From: an uncultured Gemmatimonadales bacterium
GTDB taxonomy: Bacteria > Gemmatimonadota > Gemmatimonadetes > Gemmatimonadales > GWC2-71-9
DNA: 64,000 nt
NCBI GenBank assembly: GCA_963795085.1
Contig: CAWCFX010000004.1
Location: 544,001 to 608,000, forward strand
Reading direction: 5' to 3'
The notes under the pieces are model-generated. The model made no database searches, had not been told where the DNA came from, and worked only from the letters and a program-made list of their open reading frames with translations. Below are positions 19,555 to 27,423 of the stretch, piece after piece. Within the stretch, counting starts at the first letter, position 1. Every line of letters starts with the position of its first letter. Made by a program: the position numbers and the translations under genes.

Positions 19555-20082
19555 CTATTGCCGGATTACCAAGACCGGCTGGTTCTCCGGCAGCCAGGTT
19601 CCCGGTCCCTTCCGAACCGCCTCCACCGGAACATTAACCACGGGGAGACCTTTGTGGTCCAGGGAAAGGGAATTGTCATGGCTGAACTGCAGATAATAAA
19701 GCGTGGGGCCGGCATTGCGGGCGTGCTCGACCACGAATGAAGCCACCGCTTTCGGCCAGTGCCCTTCGGGCCGTACCTTCTTCTCAAGGGCCCGGCGATG
19801 GTTATCGAGCGCCCTGACGATCGCCTCCCGGTCCAGGCCAATCTCCTTGTACCTGGCCCTGAGGTGGGCCTCGTCCTCCCGGCTGAGCGGTTGCCGAAAC
19901 CGCACCAGGTCGCAGGAGCAGGCACCATGCACCAGCCGGAGCGCCGTCTGGGCGTCGGGGTGTTCGGCCAGCAACGCGCGTGCTTCGCCGGGATCCAGCA
20001 GCTCGGCGGAGAGGCCCGGGGCGATCATGGACCGCACCTCACTCAGGGTGAGCGGGCTGGCGAGGTAGAGGAAGTAACACAA
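19555..20082 (-). CDS. Hypothetical protein
   Basis: Coding-like ORF filling the gap; TTG start; HGACSCD motif; no family recognised. Confidence 0.65.
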   Translation of the reverse strand: MCYFLYLASPLTLSEVRSMIAPGLSAELLDPGEARALLAEHPDAQTALRLVHGACSCDLVRFRQPLSREDEAHLRARYKEIGLDREAIVRALDNHRRALEKKVRPEGHWPKAVASFVVEHARNAGPTLYYLQFSHDNSLSLDHKGLPVVNVPVEAVRKGPGTWLPENQPVLVIRQ

Positions 20083-20113
20083 GGGCAGTGAGAGGTGAGA
20101 AGGGAGAGGTAAA

Positions 20114-20446
20114 CTAGCCGGTTGGCGGGGTTTCGCGCTTCTGGAGGAGCATCCGGGCCGCGTCGCCGGCGGGTCCGCCGCTGGCCACGATCCGCTGGAG
20201 GGTCGCAGTGTCCTCGTCCTTGAGCATGCCGGCCATCATGACCAGCATGGCATGTGAGGTGTTGGCGGTCCGCCCATCGAGCCCGGCCTGGCGGGCCTTA
20301 TATCCGAGAAGCAGGGCACAGAGGAGGCAGAGGAAGAATCCGCCGAGGGAGAGGAGACCGACTTCGCGGGGCAGCACGCCGCGGGCGCCGGCCAGCCCAG
20401 TGGCGAGGAACCCGAGGGCCAGGATGAGAAAGACCCAGAGTCCCAC
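20114..20446 (-). CDS. Small hypothetical membrane protein (start uncertain)
   Basis: Two TM helices (GLWVFLILALGFLATG; LLSLGGFFLCLLCALLLG). GTG 20446 chosen to avoid overlapping groES. Confidence 0.55.
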   Translation of the reverse strand: MGLWVFLILALGFLATGLAGARGVLPREVGLLSLGGFFLCLLCALLLGYKARQAGLDGRTANTSHAMLVMMAGMLKDEDTATLQRIVASGGPAGDAARMLLQKRETPPTG

Positions 20447-20484
20447 GCGGTAGGGGCGGGCGGCGGACGGCGTTGGTGCTGGGC

Positions 20485-20847
20485 TCAGGTGTTCTGCCGG
20501 ATGAGGACGAGAATGGCGGCCTGGGGGACCACGAGGTAGCGCTTCTCCTCGAAGGTGATCTCGACCGCGGCCTTGCGGAAGAAGATCGCGTGGTCTCCGA
20601 TCCGGGCCTGCATCGGGCGGAAGCGGCCCTGCTTCTCGCCGGCGCGCCACGGCTCTTCGTCGAAGCTGCCGAGGTCGGGGACCGGGTCCCCGGGCCCGGT
20701 GGCGACGATTACGCCGCTCTGGACCTGCTGGGACTCAATGGCGGTGGGGGGCAGGTACAGCCCGACCCGGGTGCGCTCCTCGCCCTCTTCGGGAGAGATG
20801 AGCACCCGGTCGCCCACGACCATCAGTTCTTTGTGATCTGGATCCAT
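20485..20847 (-). CDS. groES: GroES-like co-chaperonin (no adjacent groEL)
   Basis: VVGDRVLI, RTRVGLYLP, GVIVATGPG, IGDHAIF, YLVV...IL. Confidence 0.85.
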   Translation of the reverse strand: MDPDHKELMVVGDRVLISPEEGEERTRVGLYLPPTAIESQQVQSGVIVATGPGDPVPDLGSFDEEPWRAGEKQGRFRPMQARIGDHAIFFRKAAVEITFEEKRYLVVPQAAILVLIRQNT

Positions 20848-20895
20848 CGAAACTCCGTGTTACCCCTGCTCACTTCACCTCGCACTTCTCTCTTC

Positions 20896-21363
20896 TCACT
20901 GCATCTCATGCGCCGTCATCAGGTCGGTGATCCGGAGCCGGCGCTGGCCATTGGGGAGCCGGAGGTCCACCTCATCTCCCGTCTTGCCATCCTTGAGGGC
21001 GCGGCCGAGGGGCGAGGCCACGGAGATATGGCCGAGGTCGAAGTCGGCCATCTCGCCCAGCACCAGCACGTAGGTCTCGGTCTCTCCGCTCTTGAGGTCC
21101 TCCACCGTGACCTTGGAGCCCAGGCCGACCCGGTCGGTGGGGGAGTGTCCGGTCATCTCGCTCAGCTGGCTCAGCCGCTGGTGCAGCTGTCCCAGCCGCG
21201 CCTGCACGAACTGCTGCCGCTCGAGGGCCGCCTTGTATTCTGAGTTCTCCCGGAGGTCGCCCAGCTCCACGGCGGTGGCGATGGCCTGCGGAAGGGTCAC
21301 ATTGAGTTCGTGGCTGAGCTGTTCGACTTCATGGCTCAGCTTCTCGCGCATTTCGCGTATCAT
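20896..21363 (-). CDS. greA: Transcription elongation factor GreA
   Basis: GDLRENSEYKAA, VGLGSKV, ISVASPLGRAL. Confidence 0.92.
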   Translation of the reverse strand: MIREMREKLSHEVEQLSHELNVTLPQAIATAVELGDLRENSEYKAALERQQFVQARLGQLHQRLSQLSEMTGHSPTDRVGLGSKVTVEDLKSGETETYVLVLGEMADFDLGHISVASPLGRALKDGKTGDEVDLRLPNGQRRLRITDLMTAHEMQ

Positions 21364-21378
21364 GGTGGCTTACAAGCG

Positions 21379-21413
21379 AAAAAAGGTTGACCCGGACGGC
21401 ACTCCGCCCGGGT
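21379..21413 (-). terminator. Intrinsic terminator-like hairpin in the greA leader
   Basis: Minus strand ACCCGGGCGG-AGTG-CCGTCCGGGT-CAACC-TTTTTT, ending 15 nt before the greA ATG. Confidence 0.6.
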
Positions 21414-21659
21414 TCCAGGGACTGCTGGCATGGGGCATTGTGGCCCCGCCAGTCTCAAGATACGCAACATTCCGCCGTTTGGGGAGAACCCCGGTTTCTT
21501 GCCGCTTGCGAGACTGCAAACCAGGTTGAAAAGTGTGGCATTATTGTACGGTTCCGCTGACCCCATGTTCAAATGTGTAAGCGTATGACATGGCTTCTCT
21601 TGACGGCTCTTTGCATCCTCGAAAACTGGGCAGGAAATGACCGGATCGACCACCGGAAT

Positions 21660-21676
21660 CTGGCATATGTTGTGCC
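21660..21676 (+). promoter_or_regulatory. Candidate sigma54 -24/-12 promoter
   Basis: CTGGCATATGTTGTGCC (TGGCA, GG-N10-GC), about 55 nt upstream of the M23 gene. Confidence 0.35.
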
Positions 21677-21731
21677 TTCTTCTTCGCTGACCTGATGCCG
21701 TCCCTGAGCCGCTCCTTTTCCTGAGTCCCTC

Positions 21732-22706
21732 ATGACCCCTCGGTGGCCTGCCCTTGTCGCGCTGCTCAGCCTGGTGCTGGCTCTGCCGGCGCGCGCCCGG
21801 GCCGGCGATCCATCGCGGGCTTCCATCACGATTCTCAGCACACCGCGTCATGACGGCGGTTATTGGGCGCCGCAGGTGATCCGGGCCGAGGGGTCGCTGG
21901 ATGGCTCGCTCTACCGCTCGTTCGCCGCGGTCTTTCCCGATAGCATTCTCAGTCAGCGGGAACGGGCTTACATGGCCTGGGAGGTGGCGGAGATCTTCCG
22001 GTGGCGCGCCGACTTTACCCGGGGCATCCAGCCCGGCGATCATTTCCGGGTCATCTTCGAGCGGCTGCTGTCGCCCCATGGGGAGGTCCGCTATGGCCGG
22101 TTGCTGGCGGCTGATATCGTGCTGCAGGGCCGGGTGCTCATCGCCTACGAGTTCGACGATCCCCAGGGCCGCACCGCCTTCTACGACCACGAGGGCAAGT
22201 CGCTCCAGCGGGATTTCCTCCGGGTTCCGGTCGAGTTCAAGCGGATCTCATCTGATTTCGGATCCCGTTATCACCCCATCCTGCGCCGCTGGCGCGACCA
22301 CGAAGGGATTGACTACGCGGCGCTTTCCGGCTCGCCAGTGATGAGCGTGGGCGAGGGCACCGTGATCCGGGCCGGCATGGCCGGCGGCTATGGCCGGCTG
22401 GTCGAAATTCGCCACGGTGATGGGATGATCACCCGGTACGCCCATCTGCGCGGCTACGGCGCTGGCGTCCGTGCGGGCGCCCGGGTGAGCCAGGGGCAGG
22501 TGATCGGCTACGTCGGGAAGACCGGCCTGGCGACCGGTCCCCATCTGCATTTCGAGTTCCGGGTGAACGGTGTGGCCCGTGATCCCGATGAGATCACCAG
22601 CGGCGAAGGCACTCCCGTGCCGGCCGGCCAGAGGGCGGCTTTCCTGGCGCAGGTGGAGCGGTACCGCCTCTACCTGGAACTGGAGCGCGAGTTGGCCCGG
22701 AACTGA
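21732..22706 (+). CDS. M23-family peptidoglycan endopeptidase (MepM/OapA-like)
   Basis: Signal peptide, RISSDFG, HEGIDY (HxxxD), YAHL, TGPHLHFE (HxH). Confidence 0.93.
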   Translation: MTPRWPALVALLSLVLALPARARAGDPSRASITILSTPRHDGGYWAPQVIRAEGSLDGSLYRSFAAVFPDSILSQRERAYMAWEVAEIFRWRADFTRGIQPGDHFRVIFERLLSPHGEVRYGRLLAADIVLQGRVLIAYEFDDPQGRTAFYDHEGKSLQRDFLRVPVEFKRISSDFGSRYHPILRRWRDHEGIDYAALSGSPVMSVGEGTVIRAGMAGGYGRLVEIRHGDGMITRYAHLRGYGAGVRAGARVSQGQVIGYVGKTGLATGPHLHFEFRVNGVARDPDEITSGEGTPVPAGQRAAFLAQVERYRLYLELERELARN

Positions 22707-22712
22707 GCTGAC

Positions 22713-22758
22713 CGGGAAGGGAAGGGAACGATCGTAATTCCCGTGATGTCCCTTCCCG
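22713..22758. terminator. Hairpin between convergent genes
   Basis: CGGGAAGGGA...TCCCTTCCCG inverted repeat just after the M23 stop. Confidence 0.45.
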
Positions 22759-22818
22759 ACGCATCAACCCTTCATTGCGTCCTGCCGGGTCTCCCTCGCA
22801 GTCGTGTCCCGCCCTTCC

Positions 22819-24096
22819 CTATTCTCTCAGATCAAACTGGTAGATGCGTCCCGGCAGTATCGCGGTGGGCCGGGTGACGAACAGCGTGCGGGTGGTACTG
22901 GAGTAGGTGACCGCCCAGATGTCCCTCGTATCCTCGCAGGAGTCCTGGTCCGGTGGCACCCCGAGGCTGGCCTGGAGTGCGAGTGTCGCGGGATCAAGAA
23001 CGAACAGACGTACCCGGCAGTCAGCTCCCACAACCGGCACGTAGAGCCCCGCCGTCCCCAGCGCAAGGCCAGCGGTCCAGCCCTGGAGTCCCCGGGTGGC
23101 CAGGATCTCTCCGTCCTCAGCGTCGGCCAACATCACCAGCGAGGAATCGCTGGTGATGCCCCCCGTCATGTACAGGTGGTTGCCATCAGGGGAGAAGGCG
23201 GCCGCGGCGTCCGATTTGATCGCGGTAATTCGATAGGCTACATCTCCGGTCGTCATGTCTAACACGGGTATGGCGGGATTATTCAATCCCGAACAGCAAT
23301 TAACGCCCGATGCGGCACGATTGGCGCTGGGGCTGTAGTACATGTGACTCAGGGGCCGAAAATCCTGGAAAGTCCGCACCCAGCTGCCTCCCCGGCCAAT
23401 TATGGTTCCAGAGCTGGTCGGGTCAACATTCAATTGTGAAAACACGAAGGCCGAATCGGCGACTTGGAACAGAATGCCACCGGAGAAGGGAAGGCTGTCA
23501 ATCAGCGTTGGGAGCGGCTCCAGTCGCCACCGCTCGGTCAGGTCGCGCTTCGGGACCAGGAGTAAGCCCTGCTGATAGCTGGTTCCGAGATAAATCGGAA
23601 CCCCGGCTGTACTCAATCCTGGAAAGCTCTTGAGACTTCCCGTCCTCGGGTCAAGGACGACGGGCGCAAACTGCCCGCCGGTGTTGATGTGCCCGAGGAC
23701 CTGCTGGCCGTTGGCGTCCGGCCAGCGACGCACGGGCGGGTACACGATCCCCGCAATGTCTCGCGCATCCTTGAACCCGGTGACCTCGACCGTGCCGAGC
23801 GGCCGGGTACCCCGGGAGGATTGGTAGCTCAGGGCAATGCTGCCACTCGACACCCCTGGCAGTGTCACCGCGATCGTGGAATCATCAACTCTCCGCCAGG
23901 CGAGGACGCTGTCGGCGGTCCGGATACTGAACCGGGGGAGCCCGCTCTCCACGAGCGCCCCCTGGATGGTGACTTCGGCGCCGCTCCATTGCCGGGAGGG
24001 CACGATGACCGGATCCTCGGACGGAAGGCCCACCGGAGGGTCGTTGCAGCCGAGCAGGCCCAGCAGACTCGCTAAACTGACTAGCACGGGTTTCAT
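22819..24096 (-). CDS. Hypothetical lipoprotein (Ig/IPT-like N-domain plus probable beta-propeller)
   Basis: ATG 24096, lipobox LLGC, GAEVTIQG...DDSTIAVTLP, AFSPDGNHLY. Visibly more AT-rich than its neighbours. Confidence 0.65.
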   Translation of the reverse strand: MKPVLVSLASLLGLLGCNDPPVGLPSEDPVIVPSRQWSGAEVTIQGALVESGLPRFSIRTADSVLAWRRVDDSTIAVTLPGVSSGSIALSYQSSRGTRPLGTVEVTGFKDARDIAGIVYPPVRRWPDANGQQVLGHINTGGQFAPVVLDPRTGSLKSFPGLSTAGVPIYLGTSYQQGLLLVPKRDLTERWRLEPLPTLIDSLPFSGGILFQVADSAFVFSQLNVDPTSSGTIIGRGGSWVRTFQDFRPLSHMYYSPSANRAASGVNCCSGLNNPAIPVLDMTTGDVAYRITAIKSDAAAAFSPDGNHLYMTGGITSDSSLVMLADAEDGEILATRGLQGWTAGLALGTAGLYVPVVGADCRVRLFVLDPATLALQASLGVPPDQDSCEDTRDIWAVTYSSTTRTLFVTRPTAILPGRIYQFDLRE

Positions 24097-24193
24097 AGGA
24101 AACTGGGCTAAGATGTCGTTGGGTCCGGGAGGGGACGAAGCCTGACTCAGCCTACAGCACCGGTGCCTGCGGGGGAAGACCATTCCGTTTCCC

Positions 24194-24219
24194 TGAAACC
24201 ACCTGACGGGGCCCCCGTA
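24194..24219 (+). promoter_or_regulatory. Candidate ECF sigma promoter TGAAAC-N16-CGTA
   Basis: Matches the SigW-type consensus, 41 nt upstream of the pepP ATG. Confidence 0.45.
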
Positions 24220-24260
24220 ACGACCCCGGCGGGTTTGAATTTCCACTTCCTGGAGGAACC

Positions 24261-25574
24261 ATGCGGTACGTCGTGTTTGCCCTGGTCGTCTCAAGCCTTC
24301 AGCCTGGCTTACTTCGGGCCCAGGCCGGCTCGCCCGCCGGACCGGTGCCGGTGGAGCGGCTGACCGCCCGCCGGGCCGCGCTGCTCGACCGCATCGGGGA
24401 CGGGGTCGCGATTGTCCGGTCGGCGGATGAAAAGAGCATCGAGGGGGACTACCCGCAGGACAGCGATTTCCGGCAGGACAACAACTTCTTCTACCTGACC
24501 GGCCTGGAAACCCCGAAGTCCTGGCTGGTGCTGGTGGCGCGAACCGCCGGTCCGGACAGCGTCATCCTGTTCATCCCGCCCCGGGACAGCATGCAGGAGC
24601 GGTGGACGGGCCCGCAGATGGGACCCGGCCCGGAGGCCACCGCCGCCACCGGGATCGCCGACGTGCGCTCCAACCGCGACCTGCGCGACCAGGTGCGGGA
24701 GCTGGTGCTGGCCGCAAAGTCTCCGGTCTTTCTTCCCCGGTACCGGGCGCCCCGCGACTCGCTGGTGCTCCGGGAACTGGGGCTGGCTGATTCCGCCACC
24801 CGGTCGATCGAAAGGAAATCGCTGGCGGGGCACCTGGCCGCGCTCCGCCAGGTCAAGGACGCCGACGAACTTGCCCGGCTTCGCCGCGCGATTGACATCA
24901 CCGCCGAGGCGCACCGGGAGGCGATGAAGGCGGCCCGCCCCGGGATGTGGGAATATGAACTGGAAGCGCTGATCGAGTACACGTTCCGGAGGCTGGGGGC
25001 CGAACGGGTGGGGTTTCCGACCATCGTCGGTACCGGGATCAACGCCACGACCCTGCACTATGACAAGGGGCGCCGGCAGAGCGCGGCCGGCGAGATGGTC
25101 GTCATGGACATTGGCGCCGAGTTCGGGTACTACTCCGCCGACGTCACCCGGACCATTCCCATCAGCGGCCGTTTCACTCCGCGCCAGCGCGACATTTATA
25201 ACCTTGTCCTGGGCGCCCAGCAGGCGGCCATAGACTCGGTCCGGCCCGGCATGACCATCAGCCAGCTGCAGCAGATCGCTTCCGATTATATGCGGGAACA
25301 TTCGGGGGATCTGTGCGCGCCCGGCCCCTGCAACCGCTACTTCATCCACGGCCTCTCCCACTGGCTCGGCATGGACGTCCACGACGTGGGGAACTACGCC
25401 GCGAAACTGGCTCCCGGCATGGTCCTCACCGTGGAGCCGGGGATCTACATCCCGGGCGAGGCCCTCGGTGTCCGGATCGAGGACGACATCCTGGTGACCG
25501 CGACCGGCTCCGAGAACCTCTCGGCCAAGGCACCCCGGACGGTGGAAGAAATCGAGCGGCTGATGCGCCGGTAG
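24261..25574 (+). CDS. pepP: Xaa-Pro aminopeptidase (M24B) with signal peptide
   Basis: RBS GGAGG; FRQDNNFFYLTG, TLHY, MDIGAE, ADVTRT, HGLSHWLGMDVHD, TVEPGIY, GVRIEDD. Confidence 0.92.
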   Translation: MRYVVFALVVSSLQPGLLRAQAGSPAGPVPVERLTARRAALLDRIGDGVAIVRSADEKSIEGDYPQDSDFRQDNNFFYLTGLETPKSWLVLVARTAGPDSVILFIPPRDSMQERWTGPQMGPGPEATAATGIADVRSNRDLRDQVRELVLAAKSPVFLPRYRAPRDSLVLRELGLADSATRSIERKSLAGHLAALRQVKDADELARLRRAIDITAEAHREAMKAARPGMWEYELEALIEYTFRRLGAERVGFPTIVGTGINATTLHYDKGRRQSAAGEMVVMDIGAEFGYYSADVTRTIPISGRFTPRQRDIYNLVLGAQQAAIDSVRPGMTISQLQQIASDYMREHSGDLCAPGPCNRYFIHGLSHWLGMDVHDVGNYAAKLAPGMVLTVEPGIYIPGEALGVRIEDDILVTATGSENLSAKAPRTVEEIERLMRR

Positions 25575-25580
25575 GCCCGG

Positions 25581-26069
25581 TCAGGTTTTGCCCGGGCCGG
25601 CCGTCCAGGCCGCCAGGTTCCGTTCGATCTGCCGGGCATGCACCTCCAGGTGCTCGGCGTAGAGTTCCATCCATTTTTCCACTCCGTAACTGGCGTGCTC
25701 GGTGTGGCGGCCGGCCTTGGCCCAGGCCGAATCCGGCAGGCTGGTGAGCAGCGGCACCGTATTGGCCCGAACCGCGACAATCGTGGCCAGCGCCGGTTCC
25801 AGCGGTAACTCGTGATAGTTGAAGGCCTTGGCCCACAGATCCTGGTCGTAGCCCACGATCAGCGGGTCGGCCTCGCCGAGGAGGTAGCGGATCCGCATAT
25901 GGGCATTGGTCTCGCTGTCCGCGCAGTGCAGGATGACCTCGTGCACCGACCATTTTCCAGCCGAGGGGCGCCATTTCCGGGCGCCCGGCGGAACCTTGTC
26001 CAGGGCCTGGCTGAGCAGGGCCGGGCCCTCGGCGTAGCGGCGGATGAGCGCTTCGTGGCTGTCGGGCAT
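25581..26069 (-). CDS. DinB/YfiT-like metal-binding protein
   Basis: GKWSVHEVILHCADSE, YDQDLWA, HLEVHARQI. Confidence 0.85.
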   Translation of the reverse strand: MPDSHEALIRRYAEGPALLSQALDKVPPGARKWRPSAGKWSVHEVILHCADSETNAHMRIRYLLGEADPLIVGYDQDLWAKAFNYHELPLEPALATIVAVRANTVPLLTSLPDSAWAKAGRHTEHASYGVEKWMELYAEHLEVHARQIERNLAAWTAGPGKT

Positions 26070-26122
26070 GGCGACCTCGGGTGACGGGGTTTGGAACTTA
26101 ACAAAGCCAGCGACTTAAGTGC

Positions 26123-26151
26123 TTGACTCAGCGGGGATTGGTAGCTATCCT
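26123..26151 (+). promoter_or_regulatory. Sigma70-like promoter of the cox operon
   Basis: TTGACT-N17-TATCCT upstream of coxB. Confidence 0.55.
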
Positions 26152-26206
26152 GCCCTCGATTTTTCAATAGCTTGCCCCACGTCATTTTCGTCGGGATAAA
26201 ATCCAC

Positions 26207-27307
26207 ATGAGCCTCCGGAAAGTCATTTCCGGTCCTGCCATCCGGGCATGGTTGCCGCTTCTCGCGATGTTGGTGCTCGCGGGCTGCTCTTCGGACCAGT
26301 TTCCGAACACCACGCTCGATCCGAAGACCGAGTTTACCACCATGATCGACGACGTCTTCATGACGACCGTCATGTGGGCGGTAGTGGTCTTCATCCTGGT
26401 TGAAGGGGCCCTGGTCTTCGCCATTCTCAGGTTTCGGGGCAAACCTTCCGACCCGGAACCGGTGCAGACCCACGGCAACACGACCGTCGAGATCGTCTGG
26501 ACGATCATCCCTGCCGTCATTCTCGCCCTGATCGCCGTGCCCACGATTCGGGGGATATTCTCCACCGCCGACACCCCCGAGGGGGCGCTGGCGGTCGAGG
26601 TGATCGGCCACCAGTGGTGGTGGGAGTTCCGGTATCCCGGCCAGAAAGTGGTGACCGCGAGCGAACTGCATGTCCCGGCCGGCCAGAAGGTCGTGCTCTA
26701 CATGAAGACGGCGGACGTGCTCCACAGTTTCTGGAGCCCTCAGCTGGCGGCCAAGCGGGACGTGTTCCCCAACCGATATACCACCCTCTGGTTCAGTGCG
26801 CCGGATACCGGCCGCTATGGCGGCCAGTGCGCCGAGTTCTGCGGCATCCAGCATGCGCGGATGGGGTTTGAGATCTTCGTGGACAGCCCGGCGGATTTCG
26901 AACGCTGGGTGGCGCGGCAGCAGGTTGGGTCGCCGATGATCAACGGCGGCCAGGTGGTTCGGGACACCACGGCGGCGGTGGACAGCGCATCGCTGGCGAG
27001 CCGGGGGGCCACGGACAGTCTGATGGCGCGCGGCACCCAGGCGTTCATCGGGGCCGGGTGCATCGGGTGCCACGCCATGGTGGGCACGCCCATGGCGGGT
27101 CAACTGGGGGTCATCGGGCCCAACCTGTCCCACGTCGGGAGCCGGGCCACCCTGGCCGGGGCCATGATGCCCAATACCGACGAAAACCTCGCCCGCTGGC
27201 TCCGGGATCCCCAGGCGGTGAAGCCGGGCACCCTGATGAAACTGCCGAGGAAGCTGACGGAGGAAGAAATCCAGACGCTGGTGGCGTACCTGCGCGCTCA
27301 CCAATAG
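26207..27307 (+). CDS. coxB: Cytochrome c oxidase subunit II with fused cytochrome c (caa3 type)
   Basis: Lipobox LAGC, EIVWTIIP, GHQWWW, DVLHSF, CAEFCGIQHARM (CuA), CIGCH heme c motif. Confidence 0.96.
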   Translation: MSLRKVISGPAIRAWLPLLAMLVLAGCSSDQFPNTTLDPKTEFTTMIDDVFMTTVMWAVVVFILVEGALVFAILRFRGKPSDPEPVQTHGNTTVEIVWTIIPAVILALIAVPTIRGIFSTADTPEGALAVEVIGHQWWWEFRYPGQKVVTASELHVPAGQKVVLYMKTADVLHSFWSPQLAAKRDVFPNRYTTLWFSAPDTGRYGGQCAEFCGIQHARMGFEIFVDSPADFERWVARQQVGSPMINGGQVVRDTTAAVDSASLASRGATDSLMARGTQAFIGAGCIGCHAMVGTPMAGQLGVIGPNLSHVGSRATLAGAMMPNTDENLARWLRDPQAVKPGTLMKLPRKLTEEEIQTLVAYLRAHQ

Positions 27308-27423
27308 CAGCAGAAGGATGCAGGACCGGAACTGGTAAAGTGGGAGCTGGCAATGCGTGACGCGGTGGCCGGGCTTTCCCGTTCACCACTCACCGCTTAC
27401 CGCTCACGATTCATTGAGGAGTT

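Noticed and set aside
21414..21731. Riboswitch or tRNA in the greA-M23 spacer
   Set aside because: I could not identify conserved c-di-AMP, c-di-GMP or tRNA motifs by eye; an Rfam/Infernal scan would be needed to exclude one.
25581..26069. DinB-family genes (also 56366..56842) as DNA polymerase IV or SOS members
   Set aside because: They are DinB/YfiT four-helix metalloproteins unrelated to Y-family polymerases, and I saw no CCGAA-N6-CCGAA upstream of them.
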